The position numbers were made by a program, and so were the translations under genes. The notes beneath the pieces are model-generated. The model was not told the origin of the DNA. It saw only the letters and a program-made list of their open reading frames with translations, and did no database searches. A stretch of DNA of 55,792 nucleotides, counting the filler, from Asterionella formosa (taxonomy: Eukaryota), in NCBI GenBank assembly GCA_002256025.1. It is 4 parts of 4 records of this genome, joined end to end, with 100 filler letters (N's around TTAATTAATTAA, not from the genome) between each part and the next. Parts side by side here need not be neighbours in the genome. Positions count along the whole stretch, not along the records: positions 1 to 13,878 come from NKIB01006350.1; positions 13,979 to 27,856 come from NKIB01006357.1; 2 more parts are not named here. The stretch is one strand, 5' to 3'. Shown here one piece after another: positions 10,050 through 21,829 of this stretch (positions are counted from its first letter, which is position 1; every line of letters begins with the position of its first letter).

Positions 10050-11600
10050 ACTGAATATATCCGTTTAGACATTCCTCAGACTACATCTAGCTAGTCTTCG
10101 GACACCTGCTGACATCAACAGGCTAAGAGACACACTCTGATGCTGCTTTGGTATCAAAATATTTGATGTCACAGAAGTTTGGTTGCTCATTCTTGTGCAT
10201 TGGTCATGAAACATGCATGTGACGCCAATTCGGCATCCATATTAAGCTGAAAGTTCCCAAATTGGTAGGTTTGATACCAATCTGCAAGAACTGAATGATA
10301 TTTCCAGTAAAAGAGTATCATCAGCAATGCCTTTGATCTGGGGTGTATGGCTGGGTGCAAGAGATGACTAAAGGTTGAGTAGCCATGGTAGAGCTGGAAC
10401 GTTTTTTTCTGCTTTCGGTTGGATGCAGATTCTATCATGTCATTATACTTGCTTCATTCCCTCCAACAATGGTGGTGAATATCTCCAGATCTACTTGGTC
10501 TCCTGCATACACAGAAAACTGTGTCAGACCATCTCAACCATCATGAGCCAAAGAGACATCAGTGTACACAGCAAACAATGCACCCATCTGTTTATATTGA
10601 CTTATTCCAAGGCTATCATAATCGAATATGCTCTTCGTGACTGATGGCTACTGGCAAACCAATTGCAGCTATACATGCTCCAGAAATACTCAATTGAGGA
10701 TAAAGCACAGTTTAATTTAGCTTCAATGATAAGGGTGGTCAACAAGGTGCTTCCTCTAATGAGTTCTGCACCCAACATTCTGGAGATTCCAGGTGGACCA
10801 ACAAGCACAGGTATATAGGCATTCCTTCCAAAACTGGAAATGTCGCTTTTTCTTCATTGTTACCACCAAATTGAAAGTCATTCCTACACTCCCCCCTCCA
10901 CAGTTGAAACAGATATCTTCACAATTCCATCTAGTACAATGCTGATTACTGGTACAGCCACCACAAAAAATGCTATTCAAATATGATCACCACCCAAATT
11001 AATAATTTGGGTGGCTCAAAATGACGAATTTGGCTACATACATAGTAACTAAAAGGTTTGACATCACACATAAAATGTCATGCATCATATAATAGTATAT
11101 AGCAGCCTTGGTGAGGAGAAGGGAGGCTTTCGCTGGCTGGTTTCCTTTGATCAGAGGATGACAACATCATAGCAACATAAACAGATGACAATCAATGTAC
11201 ATATTTCATATGTATGTACATATGTCCTCAAGGAGGATTGATGGGTATTTGTGTATGTTTGCACCTTGAGGTGTGGACCAGAGTTACCAAATTTGGTCAA
11301 CCACAGTAACACATGTCTTGGGATTATTTGCCCATCAATTGATGTTGTAATAAATGTGCAATAATAATATTTTATCTCAGAGTGTGCCCACTGTCAAAAC
11401 TTTAAGAAATGATACAAGAATGGACTGTATATCAGCACAAATTCACTGCATGAACAGCCCTAAGGGAATGGAAACTGAGTCTTATGATGTTCTAACCATT
11501 TATCCTTATTAAACATGACCGACATCATTTGTGCATATAATGAATAAACAAAGAACATAATGAAAATATTGAGCTTGAATTGATTCACATGTATCTAAAT
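10050..11600. other. CpG-depleted degenerate region, probable transposon relic
   Basis: Only about a dozen CG dinucleotides by manual count in ~1.5 kb, with abundant TG/CA and only short broken ORFs. Confidence 0.4.
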
Positions 11601-11619
11601 TTGCTTGGGCTGCCTTCTT

Positions 11620-13764
11620 TTACATTACCACAATTGTCGTGATCCGGGCAAATGGCTCTCGCTTGCCTTGCTCCGCTATTCCGCCAATTAGAACTCTGAA
11701 TTCAAACATACCATTACTGTTTGCCTTGAAGTGATAGTCTCCGGTTCCGTGTTGCAAAAGACCACATTCATCAAGTTTGGTAAAATTTGTCACGACCAAG
11801 CCATTAACTTGGAGTGTCATGTTGCCATCCATGAGCTCATTCCATTGCATCTCGCCCTCTGGACATCTTCCCCAATCACACTTCATGAAACAAAGCATGA
11901 TGACTCCTTCAGGTTCATATGCTCCTTGACCAATGTAATATTCAATTTCTGCTTTGTTGGGAACAGTGAGTGATGTCCATCCATCACTTTGAGTGGAGTA
12001 AAAGAAATCTTTATAGTCCCACTTCAAATCAACGGGACAATTAGGTTGTCGGGTCGCACTTTCGTAGGTCAATCGCATCTGACGTTTGTCTTTCTCACTT
12101 TCGACAGCTTTTTTGGCATCAGCTTGTTCCTCGGAGATTCCCTTCTCGTAACCATGAGTACCCACCATGTCCGTCTCTGTCAAGATACCCAAGTATCGAA
12201 TCTCTGCTGGAAGGAGTGCTGTGTGACAAATAGATGTATTCTTATGGAATACGCTGATAAATTGTTCCACGCTTGCGGCATCTTCACTGAACAAGGGAAA
12301 ATAACGTCTAAGGAAATCTTCGGTGATCGGAGGTGGCGTGCTGTAAAAAGTTGCATATTCCGCTTCTTCTTCCGCAAGCAACGAGATTAATTCCTCTGCT
12401 GGATCATATGGTTCTGATACCAATTCCTTAATTGCTTCAATTAGCATGTCAGATAAGAATAGAGCCATAATGTTACCATAAGTAGCTTGGACGCGCCAAC
12501 CTGGGTGCCAGCTAGCCTTGCTCTGACGATCTGGACAAATACCATCACTGTACTTTTTATCATCGCAAGTAGGGTCTCCTTTCTCCAATGCATCCTTGCA
12601 CTTGAAATCACGGGCGAATGGAGCGATTTTCGACATCTGTTCTTCAGACATGCCGAACATGTCCGGAATACCTTTTTGTATCTCCTGCCACTTTTCATCT
12701 TTAAAATAAATGGCAGATATGCCTTGGTTTTCGGCTTTCTTGAATTCTTCCATTTGGCCCTCGCCGATGTTAATTGCCACAGCCGCGGGCTTGTTGCGGT
12801 GCATTCCAATACGGTTGGCATAAAGAAGCATCTTCCAGTAATTTCCGCCATCTGTCATTCCGAAGTCCCAGCTGATCAAGTCAACATCAATGCCAAACAA
12901 GGATTCGAGACATAGAGCAATCTCGGGACCACTACTCATTCCTCCCATGGCATAATTTCGTCCAACGAAGTCAATCCCAACAGCTTGAAAGACATTCATC
13001 ACGGACCTCTCCATGTATGCTGTGTACGACTCATTGTACAAGTTACCATGACCAGCGGCAGCAGAGTGACCACCCGTCGCCCACACAAACTTAGAATAGG
13101 ATCTGGGTAGTTCAGGCAAGATGACTTCATTCTTGTTGGCAGTTTGATTTTGAAGACGACGCCCTCCCGTCGTCGCGGGGACACAATTACAGCCCGACAG
13201 ACTCGATTCTCCCTTAAGAACCGCGCTCTGTACTTCCAGAAGTTTCATCTTGAGCTTGCGACGGAATCTTGCTTTAGACGGTCCAATATTAGACTGATTC
13301 AAACTTTCCTCCCCAGCTCCCCAGAATGCGGTGTAGCCACGAGAGGTTCCGTCTAGTTCTTCAAACATGGCCTTGAATACATCCTCGCCGTAGTCTTGCT
13401 TTAAAGTTTTTATTAAATCCTCACGCGCCTTGGTGGCCAGGACAAGTAAGTCTTGGGAATGGAGCAAGTCCCCACCTTGGTGGCTGATTCGCTGGGCCAA
13501 TCGGGCCTTGCAAAACTTGGGGCATTGTTTCTTGGCAATTTTAGTACGATTTTGGCTTTCGATATCGGATGGAATGATGCTTTCATCTTCCCTCTTTTCC
13601 ATGAAAACGAAAATCAAGGCGACTGCTGCGATGACAGTAAGGATACCGAGCAAACGCTGGATGGGGCCAGCGCGGGAGCGACTGATGGATTTGTTGGAAC
13701 TACCTCCATGAATGGCTTTCAACGGAACGACTTCCTCAGCTTGTTCTTCTTTGGACAAGCGCAT
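11620..13764 (-). CDS. Type II membrane protein with SGNH/GDSL-hydrolase-like domain, paralog 2
   Basis: 714-aa ORF with TM helix LLGILTVIAAVALIFVFM and the same blocks WATGGHSAAAGHG, NYAMGG, WDFGMTD, SWHPGWRVQ. Same orientation as paralog 1. Confidence 0.75.
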   Translation of the reverse strand: MRLSKEEQAEEVVPLKAIHGGSSNKSISRSRAGPIQRLLGILTVIAAVALIFVFMEKREDESIIPSDIESQNRTKIAKKQCPKFCKARLAQRISHQGGDLLHSQDLLVLATKAREDLIKTLKQDYGEDVFKAMFEELDGTSRGYTAFWGAGEESLNQSNIGPSKARFRRKLKMKLLEVQSAVLKGESSLSGCNCVPATTGGRRLQNQTANKNEVILPELPRSYSKFVWATGGHSAAAGHGNLYNESYTAYMERSVMNVFQAVGIDFVGRNYAMGGMSSGPEIALCLESLFGIDVDLISWDFGMTDGGNYWKMLLYANRIGMHRNKPAAVAINIGEGQMEEFKKAENQGISAIYFKDEKWQEIQKGIPDMFGMSEEQMSKIAPFARDFKCKDALEKGDPTCDDKKYSDGICPDRQSKASWHPGWRVQATYGNIMALFLSDMLIEAIKELVSEPYDPAEELISLLAEEEAEYATFYSTPPPITEDFLRRYFPLFSEDAASVEQFISVFHKNTSICHTALLPAEIRYLGILTETDMVGTHGYEKGISEEQADAKKAVESEKDKRQMRLTYESATRQPNCPVDLKWDYKDFFYSTQSDGWTSLTVPNKAEIEYYIGQGAYEPEGVIMLCFMKCDWGRCPEGEMQWNELMDGNMTLQVNGLVVTNFTKLDECGLLQHGTGDYHFKANSNGMFEFRVLIGGIAEQGKREPFARITTIVVM

Positions 13765-13878
13765 GGTTGGAATATAGTATTTTCTAAATATAACACTGTA
13801 TATGCTAGGCTACCGGTATTATTAAGTTAATCCCTCGGTCAAGTTGTTGGCCGTAGCAATGGGAAGAACAAGCAAGTA

Positions 13879-13978
13879 NNNNNNNNNNNNNNNNNNNNNN
13901 NNNNNNNNNNNNNNNNNNNNNNTTAATTAATTAANNNNNNNNNNNNNNNNNNNNNNNNNNNNNNNNNNNNNNNNNNNN
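13879..13978. other. Artificial contig-join spacer (44 N + TTAATTAATTAA + 44 N)
   Basis: Exactly 100 bp with a six-frame stop linker at 13923-13934. Identical structure at 27857-27956 and 41827-41926. Confidence 0.95.
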
Positions 13979-15678
13979 GTTGATATATTCGAGAAAGGAG
14001 CAATCGAATCTGGAGCCATGTCCATCTAGGATGAGGAAAGGGTTTATTCCATCACTGCGGTCAAACAATTCCAAAGTATCCATTTGGGCCAACATTCTCA
14101 CCAACAGTTCTGCAGTAATGCTTCCTGATTCCGAACACAACACAAAATGGGCACATGCTTTCCATTTAACACACACACAGGTCCCTGGGGATATCGCTTT
14201 CCTTTGCCAGTGTTTAGGTTGAAGTCGTCCTCATTGCCATGCCATTCCACAAACGGGTCAAGCCCCTGTACCCAACTAAGTTCAAGCTCTTTGGCAGCAA
14301 ATATTATAGCACACATCACTGGAGTTCCTTCGGCAGCTGTAAATCCCAAGACTGTAAAATGCGAATCCTTCATAGCACCAATACATAACACTTTATCACC
14401 CCCCTTCTGTCCATCTTTTGCTTGAGTGGTGATACTTCCGGCTTCATTAACAAATATGAGTTTGTTGGGATGCTTCAAAATGTACTTTGTTTTCATTCCC
14501 AGGGCTCCTTCCTCATTTGCAACAACATCTCCTGATTTATTCAACCACAATTCTTCATCCAGCTTTTCCGCAATACCCATCTTGGCCATTTCTTCATACA
14601 CATCTCTATACATCTGCTCAAAGTTCCGTAATTTGCACCAGTCAGCACGCTTCCTATCGAATTTGACACCTTTCTTTGCCTTGACATGAAGCCAATTGCG
14701 ACTCATGAATCCCCTCCAGTACCCTGATCCCATTGGTTTAGACAATGTTGGATCCTCTCTTAATGAAAAGCAATGTTTCTGCCTCCACAGCACAATATTT
14801 TCCATCATGGATTTACCAGACACAAGTGAGTTAGCAAGTTCCAGTCCCTGCTGACATGTAATTGGGACTCGCATTTTGGAGAGTTGGTCAATCAGCACAA
14901 TAATGTATGGCTCAACTTCGAGCATTGGTGACATTGAAGCTTCGTTTTTCCCTGTTTTTTTGCGTTTTTTCCAAGATCTCACTGTTTCTATATTTATTTC
15001 AACTCCAGGAGGAATACCAAGCGCCTCTTTTCTCACCCCAATTATGCAGGCAATTGTGAATCTACTTGCTTTCTTGTTCTTTTGCTGCAGTTCTTCTCTA
15101 ACCCTCATGTATTCTGTGGCCGACTCGACAATGCATTCTTCGATTTTTCTCTGCATCGATGCTGATGCCATTTGAGTGGTTCCCTTTGGCCGGCCTCCAG
15201 TAAGCATGGTTGTCATGGGGACAATGACTGCAGGAACACTAACTGCAGCACTAGTCATAGTTGTAGAAAATAATTCAATACTATTAATAGCATTGATATT
15301 TTTATCATCTACTGTCATGTTGCTTGTCATCCTCTTCTCTTGTAAAAATAGATTTTCCACTACTTGAATAGTAAAATGAGAGCAAATCTGCCTGAGAATC
15401 TCCTGATACTAGTAAACCCATGTTGGGAACAGCACTAGCACCTGCCTTTCGTAACCAGTAGTCGACTTTTTTTTGGTCAGCCAAGGTAAGTATTCCTTCT
15501 GAGCCTTCACCATGTTGGTAATGGCTCCGTATGGAAGCTTTCCATTATTGTTCGCCTTGATTGCTTCAAGTTCTGTAACAATGCCAAGCATGTTGCATTG
15601 AATAACGACCTGAGCATCATGAAGTGCTTCTGTCTCCGTCTTGATGTTGGAAGCTCGACTTTTTCTTGACTTCGGCAT
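13979..15678 (-). pseudogene. Frameshifted pogo/CENP-B family (HTH + DDE_1) transposase
   Basis: Three ORF pieces in different frames. 15678-15409 is a probable N-terminus. 15360-14098 has the HTH_Tnp_Tc5-like stretch (QLSKMRVPITCQQGLELANSL...GYWRGFMSRN), LIFVNEAG (normally xDETG) and FTVLGFTAAEGTPVMCAIIF. 14176-13979 has SESGSIT...PFLILDGHGSRF. Confidence 0.8.
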
Positions 15679-16173
15679 GGTGGTGCTGGTTTGCGTGATA
15701 GCTGTGTACTGTTTTTCATATTTTGTGGACTGACAGATACATATATATCAAAATCCTCAATCTGATATAGGCACGCCCATATCATTTACCATCTCTGTAC
15801 AATTCAATGCCAAAACAAAATCTTTATTGCTGTAAATGTGATAAACGTTCAGACACTAACTAAATCAATGTCGAAATATTTGTATTTATCATTGTACATT
15901 ATATGATGATGAGAACTCCAAACCTACCCTAATCCGTGTTCTCTATGTTTTTTGGTCGATTCACTATTTCCGGCAATCTCAAGAGATGAACAATTGACTC
16001 CAAATCTCAAACTTACTTCATAGTTGACTAGCCTACATGCTTGAGAAGGAGCCAGAGCGAACTCTCAGAATTTACATTTGCTTAAGTTTTGATAGCAAAA
16101 GGTGTCATTCTGCGTTCAATGGGTCACGGCAGTTCAAAAATATTCTCAATGGGTCATGGCAGTTTTTTACTGG
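13979..16173 (-). mobile_element. pogo/Tc5-like (Tc1-mariner superfamily) DNA transposon, one end lost in the gap
   Basis: Carries a disrupted DDE_1-type transposase. Candidate terminus at ~16173 next to TA (16174-16175), with a 19-bp subterminal direct repeat TCAATGGGTCA(C/T)GGCAGTT at 16116-16134 and 16146-16164. Confidence 0.65.
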
Positions 16174-16871
16174 TACCACCTTCTAAAAACTGAGAGTCAA
16201 CGTTTGGAAGATTTTGAACTGAGTGTCAATGTTAAATCGAGTAATTTCACGTTTTGGGCCAAATATGCTAGATAAGAACATAATTATTCAAGCAATGTTG
16301 TAGCGATTTATGTACGCACTACCGGTAATCAAAAATGATCGTGCTTCGAATATTTTAGAGATCGTGCCATGATCAGTTTTAGTTAGTACCAGGTACCTTG
16401 TACACTACCGGGTAAATATATACCGGTACATTATTATTAAGGAATACTGAGTACCAGGTACTGCTCTATTTAATAGACACGACGATGTGATGTGGTGTGA
16501 TGTGATGTATTTGTTCCACNNNNNNNNNNNNNNNNNNNNNNNNNNNNNNNNNNNNNNNNNNNNNNNNNNNNNNNNNNNNNNNNNNNNNNNNNNNNNNNNN
16601 NNNNNNNNNNNNNNNNNNNNNNNNNNNNNNNNNNNNNNNNNNNNNNNNNNNNNNNNNNNNNNNNNNNNNNNNNNNNNNNNNNNNNNNNNNNNNNNNNNNN
16701 NNNNACTAGTACCTGGTGTGATTGAAAAATCAACAGAGAAATAATTTCAAACTGTTCTCAAAGCATTATACGATTGAAAACTCGCTTTCCTCAGCTTGTG
16801 AAATCAAACTCCTGCAATACAATGCAACAGCTTCAAAAGTAGAAACTACCTTAATCAAAGAACTGCCCAAT

Positions 16872-17663
16872 ATGACATGGATATCGATGATGCACATCAC
16901 AGGGTCGATGCCTCTCGTGGCAGTGCGACCCGGGGCAAACAAGAAAACTGTCGTGGCAATGAATACAAAGAAGATGCTCATATCGGCAGAAAACACGAAA
17001 AAATCGGAAGTGAAAATAAATAAACAGAAGGAGATCGACGAACTTGTCGGTTTCGCGTTGAGTGAAATGGCGGAGGCGCATGCACACCTTGGCCTATGGG
17101 ACAAGGCATTTCAAATGTGGAGTGACGCCCTGCAATTACAAATTGAGAAATATGGAAAACAGAGCCAGTTGGTGGCTCAAACATTGAGGCGTAGAGGTAA
17201 TGCATATGCGAAGATTGGAGAGTATTTTCTTGCCGTCACAGATCTGGAGCATGCCGTGCACCTTATGAAGGAAATTGCGAAGAATGGACTTACTGACAAG
17301 TGGGCTATCAACGGCTTAGCCAATACATTAGTAGAACTTGGAAATGCGCAGCAAAATAGGCTTTTCTATATCGAGGCTATGCGTAATTACCAGTCCGCAC
17401 TGGCTTTGAAAGAGGAAGTCCTTGGGGCAGAACATGTCGATGTCGGTGACATTCATTTAGCGATTGGACGCGCATTTCACCAGCGTCGGCGATACAGGGA
17501 ATCAAAACGTGCACATCAGAAGGCTCTAGCGGTGTATAAGGCAGCTCTTCCTCCAAATCACCCTTACATTGTTAGAGTGGAACGAAGCAAAAGAGATCGC
17601 AACATGATTGCACAACAATTCTTCGACCTTACTGTAAGGCTCGATGAATTTGGATCAATTTAA
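16872..17663 (+). CDS. Tetratricopeptide repeat protein (kinesin-light-chain-like TPRs)
   Basis: ORF 16722-17663, first in-frame ATG at 16872 (start uncertain, N gap upstream). Repeats such as VAQTLRRRGNAYAKIGEYFLA, LANTLVELGNAQ, YQSALALKEEVLGAEHVDVG, LPPNHPYI. Confidence 0.75.
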   Translation: MTWISMMHITGSMPLVAVRPGANKKTVVAMNTKKMLISAENTKKSEVKINKQKEIDELVGFALSEMAEAHAHLGLWDKAFQMWSDALQLQIEKYGKQSQLVAQTLRRRGNAYAKIGEYFLAVTDLEHAVHLMKEIAKNGLTDKWAINGLANTLVELGNAQQNRLFYIEAMRNYQSALALKEEVLGAEHVDVGDIHLAIGRAFHQRRRYRESKRAHQKALAVYKAALPPNHPYIVRVERSKRDRNMIAQQFFDLTVRLDEFGSI

Positions 17664-17878
17664 ATTTGAAAGAAATCAATTATATCCCCCTGTTTTAGAG
17701 CATCAAACGATAGTATCATGACAATTATTTCTTGTAAACGGATCTAGACGATTTTGAATGGCAAAAACGTTGAAAAAAGGAAAAGTTTAGTGCAATGTAT
17801 CACAGGAAAGTCTGGACAAAATTTTGTATCTTAACATCGCAACGGCCCATTCTGAGCGTAATGCTTATTGTTCTAGCA

Positions 17879-20800
17879 TCACAGGTTTCCATATTCCTCG
17901 GCAAATCGGAGAACAACGTCGCTTTCTGAAATGGAGGCATTCTGTTCGAATTGATGAAGCTTCCATAAATCTTCGAATATATCCATAAGTGCACTAGAGG
18001 GCAGTTCGCCAGTCGAACATCTACCTAAAATGGAAAGTACTATTTCCTTGGCAATATCTCCAAGCTGGAAGGCAGTTTGACGAAGAGACGTTTCGCAGCA
18101 AAGTTGAACATCATCAGGATGACAGATTCGCAACATTGAGTATAGCAAGGAAGCTGCAGGGTCTAATACGGCCTGTTGCATACCCCCGCACGCCCCTGCC
18201 ACAAGCATGTTGGTTGCACTTTGGCGCTCTCCCTCAAGTAATCCGCGAATTATACTTTGCGTTGAATTTTGCGTGACTTGTGGGAGCAATAGCTCAACCT
18301 GATACATAGGTGCAGAGATCAGTCAGCTGCTATAACTACAATGAAATTTGATCATGCATGTTTGCTTACCGTTGATTTGAGGAAGAGTATTGCGTTTCGA
18401 CTGACTTCGACATCTTCATCCATAAGCGACGATACTGCTGACTGCACTGCACAGCCGAGCAATAGATTGATATCTCTGTCCAATCCAGGAGCACTTGGTA
18501 GGTGAGCCAGAAAAGTGGGGCAGCAACGTGCACATGTCTCCAAAAGAGAAAATATCTTTGCAAGTGCTTCCGGGGCTGTTGTTCTTTGGACGGGGTCAGG
18601 TTTGCTTCTCTCGAACGGATTCTGCCCTTGGCCTTGTTCCTTTGGTCGACTCCATGCTGATCCGAGATTCGAACTTGCACTTTGAATCGTAGATAACACC
18701 AAGGTCTCAACAAGGTGCCCAACTTCTACATCTGGTTTCGAACTTTGAGCTTCGCAAGATTCGTTCAGCATGTTTTTTGTCGTCACATCTATTGTTGCAC
18801 CGTGAACGTCTAACAGTTCTCGTCCAAAATCTAACACAACCAATAAAGCTGGGCTATTTCCGTCTTGTTGTATACTTAAATTCGACGAAAGTGAGCAAAG
18901 TTCACGGAGCATTGCAACGTCTTCCTCCCGGTCCAAAGCTACAGGAATGCAAGTAATTAAGAAAAGGCCCAGGGCGTTTGACAGTGTCTGTACATTGTGG
19001 TGAGGACTATACTATAAGGCAGAGCGAAATTGACAAAGCTAGGCCTTCTCCTTACCTTATCATAACCAAATGATATCGCTGCGTGAGAAAAGGAAGGCCA
19101 AGCCTCCCGTAGCAATCCAATACGTGGATCGTCAATGTTTACTAATTCTTCGTGAAAATTTCCTTCACTTTTCAATGCGCTTTGGTACGACAGAAGCATT
19201 GAGGAAAGAAGAGTTATTTCATCTGCCATCCTCACCAGCACTGGGTACAGTCGCCCCTCGACGCTACCATTCGTTCGTGAAAGCATGTCCGCCATTCCAA
19301 GCATAGATTTCAGACAGTCTAGTGTAGGTAATGAGAAGGCATGATACGGAATCGCTCGTTGCTGCGGAGGAAGAGAGGCGAAGACGTGGCAGATTCCTGT
19401 GGCAAATGCAATGCGGTCATCAACTGATAATGCTCCAGCTTTGTTACTTGCTGCATATGAGGCTTCCCAACCTCCTATAAATCAATAAGAAAATGTTAAA
19501 TGTCTCCGTCCGATAAAAAGGAACATGAACAAGGCCGATTGGTACATACCTCCTAAGACCGATAAGGCTTGCTGCGATGTGAAATGCTTTGGTTTTCGAC
19601 TTAGCATAATTCTCAACGCTTCCGCAGCCTCTGCGAAAGGAGTTGACGACATTTCGCGGAGTATATCTCGGGCTGGTTCCCCAGGAGCGAATGCGCTACC
19701 GGCCATAGAAAATGTTGACAAGGCAAGATCAGCACCAATGTCCAAAGCAGCCTCGTTTTTATCACGAGCATACCAGCTTCCATACTGTGACAAAATGATA
19801 AAAACAGTAATAGGTGAGTATTCGCTGTAAGATTTTCTTCAAATGCGAAATTATGTGCTGCCTACCTGTCGAAGGAATCGGTTCAATTGCGCCAGTGTCA
19901 ATGGGTTGGCAGTGATACAGACAGGCTTTTTCCCCAATGCATTCGTACACCTTAATAACTGAGAGTCGTGAATCCCATCTGACGCTGCCACATCTTCTGA
20001 GCACATTTCATTCTTCTTCGAAGCTACAACTTCTAGCGAGACAGCGCCAACGCAAAACAATGCAGCTTCGAGCTGGAAAGAAACTTCGACGGTGCCTTCT
20101 GCGCTACAGAACTCTTCAATAGCGGATGTGCATGAATCCATATAGTACTTCGCATTCTGGCGAAAGCAAGCCTGCAAAGCTTCTGTTAATGTGTTTTCTC
20201 GGAAGCTTTCGAATTCGTGGAAGTCGACACCGCATAGATCAGCTGCTAGAATAGTGGGAACGCCTCCTACAACAATATGTGGAATAATTGCTCGGTGCTG
20301 CAAAACCGGGAGTAGTCGCAGTGGGAATCCAGGTTCGAGTGGAACAAATTGGGAGAGAACATTAAGAGCAATACCGCAAATGTTAACAGATGGATGAGCG
20401 GCAGCCTTCATTAACAAATCCAAAATACCTGTCCCACCGCCTTTGATTTCTCCTGAAATCAGAGCCAGCATAGCAGCACTTCCAACAGCAGCAGCAATCC
20501 GAGTCAAATTCCGGCAGAGATTATTGTCGCCTACTCAAAAACTGATGAGTGTTTAGTGTTGACATAACCTGATTGCATGCACACTTCCTGGCTTACCATG
20601 CTTTTGTCGCTCGACAAAACGATACCGCTGAAGTCCTACGGCAGCAACAAGCTCCCCTAACACAGTATACATCTCTTTTAATTCAATACGGAACAAATCT
20701 TCAGCGGATATCGATCGAAAAGATTCCTCGTCAACTTCCATTATATATCTTGCTTGTGTCATTCTGTCTTTTGAGACTTTCTGCTCGTTATTCTGTACTA

Positions 20801-21829
20801 GGCATAGTTCTAGTAGTTCCGCCATGGCGTCGACGACGAAGTGAGAATCAGAGTATAAAGCGTCACTGATGACCTCGACGATATCAATCTTTTTTTAAAG
20901 CAGAATTGAGCAATTCTTTGAGAAGATGGGGTAAACCTGTACGAGTCTGAGTCGATGCTACGTACCTGTACTTTAGCGCAAATGTGCTTCACTTGCGGCA
21001 GACTCATGTCAGTGGCAGCACACCATCGATCTAGCGCTCGAATGCTAACAGCCGCGACTCTAATTGTCTGGTCCCGATTTGAGAGGCCATTTGACGCATC
21101 GCGCTCGTCACTGACCGCTTCAACCAAAACAGGAGCTAGGACGATGGAAACAACTGGATGAGACAGTCTCTGTAGTACATCCCTTGTACCTGCTGGCGCC
21201 CCCTTCCTCAGGGCCTCGATTGCCAAATGACAAGTCACGCTCGCGACGGAGAAAGGTGGGAGAGACCGTGCACTGGGAATGACCCATTCCACCATGAAAT
21301 GATGGACTGCCTGAGGGCCACTTGACACTGCATTTGCAGCTAGTACTGCACATAACTTCTCCATGGCTACAGGATCTGAGAAAGCCGACACGTGCGGTCC
21401 GGTTAGGTTGTGAAAGGAAAAGTCGAAAGCCATGGCTGCGATTCTTCCCATTACGATCTCGCGAATCTCGACGTTCAATGCAATCAGTCCCTCGGCGTCG
21501 GCCTGGCTGCCTTGCGAGGCATTGGCTATGCAAGTCGTCACCAATGTTTTATCTACAGCGGGTGATCGTCGAGCGACCCGTTCAGCTAAAGTCGTCAAGA
21601 GTTGCACATGCCCATTGAGGCCGACCTTGGACCCACTCGCGTAATGCAGAGCTTCGTGGCGTTCAACTTCATTCAATGCCTGATGGATGAAGTTCCATCC
21701 TCCGTAGGTTTTTGGTTTAAAGGGGTCTGTGGCATCTAGAATGTAAATTGAAGAAGTCCGATCCAGGAACGAGAGGGCGCCGTGATCACCAGCCAACGCC
21801 CTGTTCAAAACATCCAGGGCAGGGTCCAT
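17879..21829 (-). CDS. Importin-beta family HEAT/ARM protein (transportin-SR/importin-13-like), 7 exons
   Basis: In-frame GT-AG splicing joins exons 21829-20966, 20888-20597, 20530-19866, 19784-19550, 19474-19056, 18987-18370 and 18298-17879. Helical-repeat sequence with ILDLLMKAAAHPSVNICGIALNVL, FESFRENTLTEALQACF and QLEAALFCVGAVS. Confidence 0.65.

Noticed and set aside
13923..13934. TTAATTAATTAA as a biological palindrome or piggyBac TTAA site
   Set aside because: It is centred in three identical 100-bp N spacers and is a standard six-frame stop linker.
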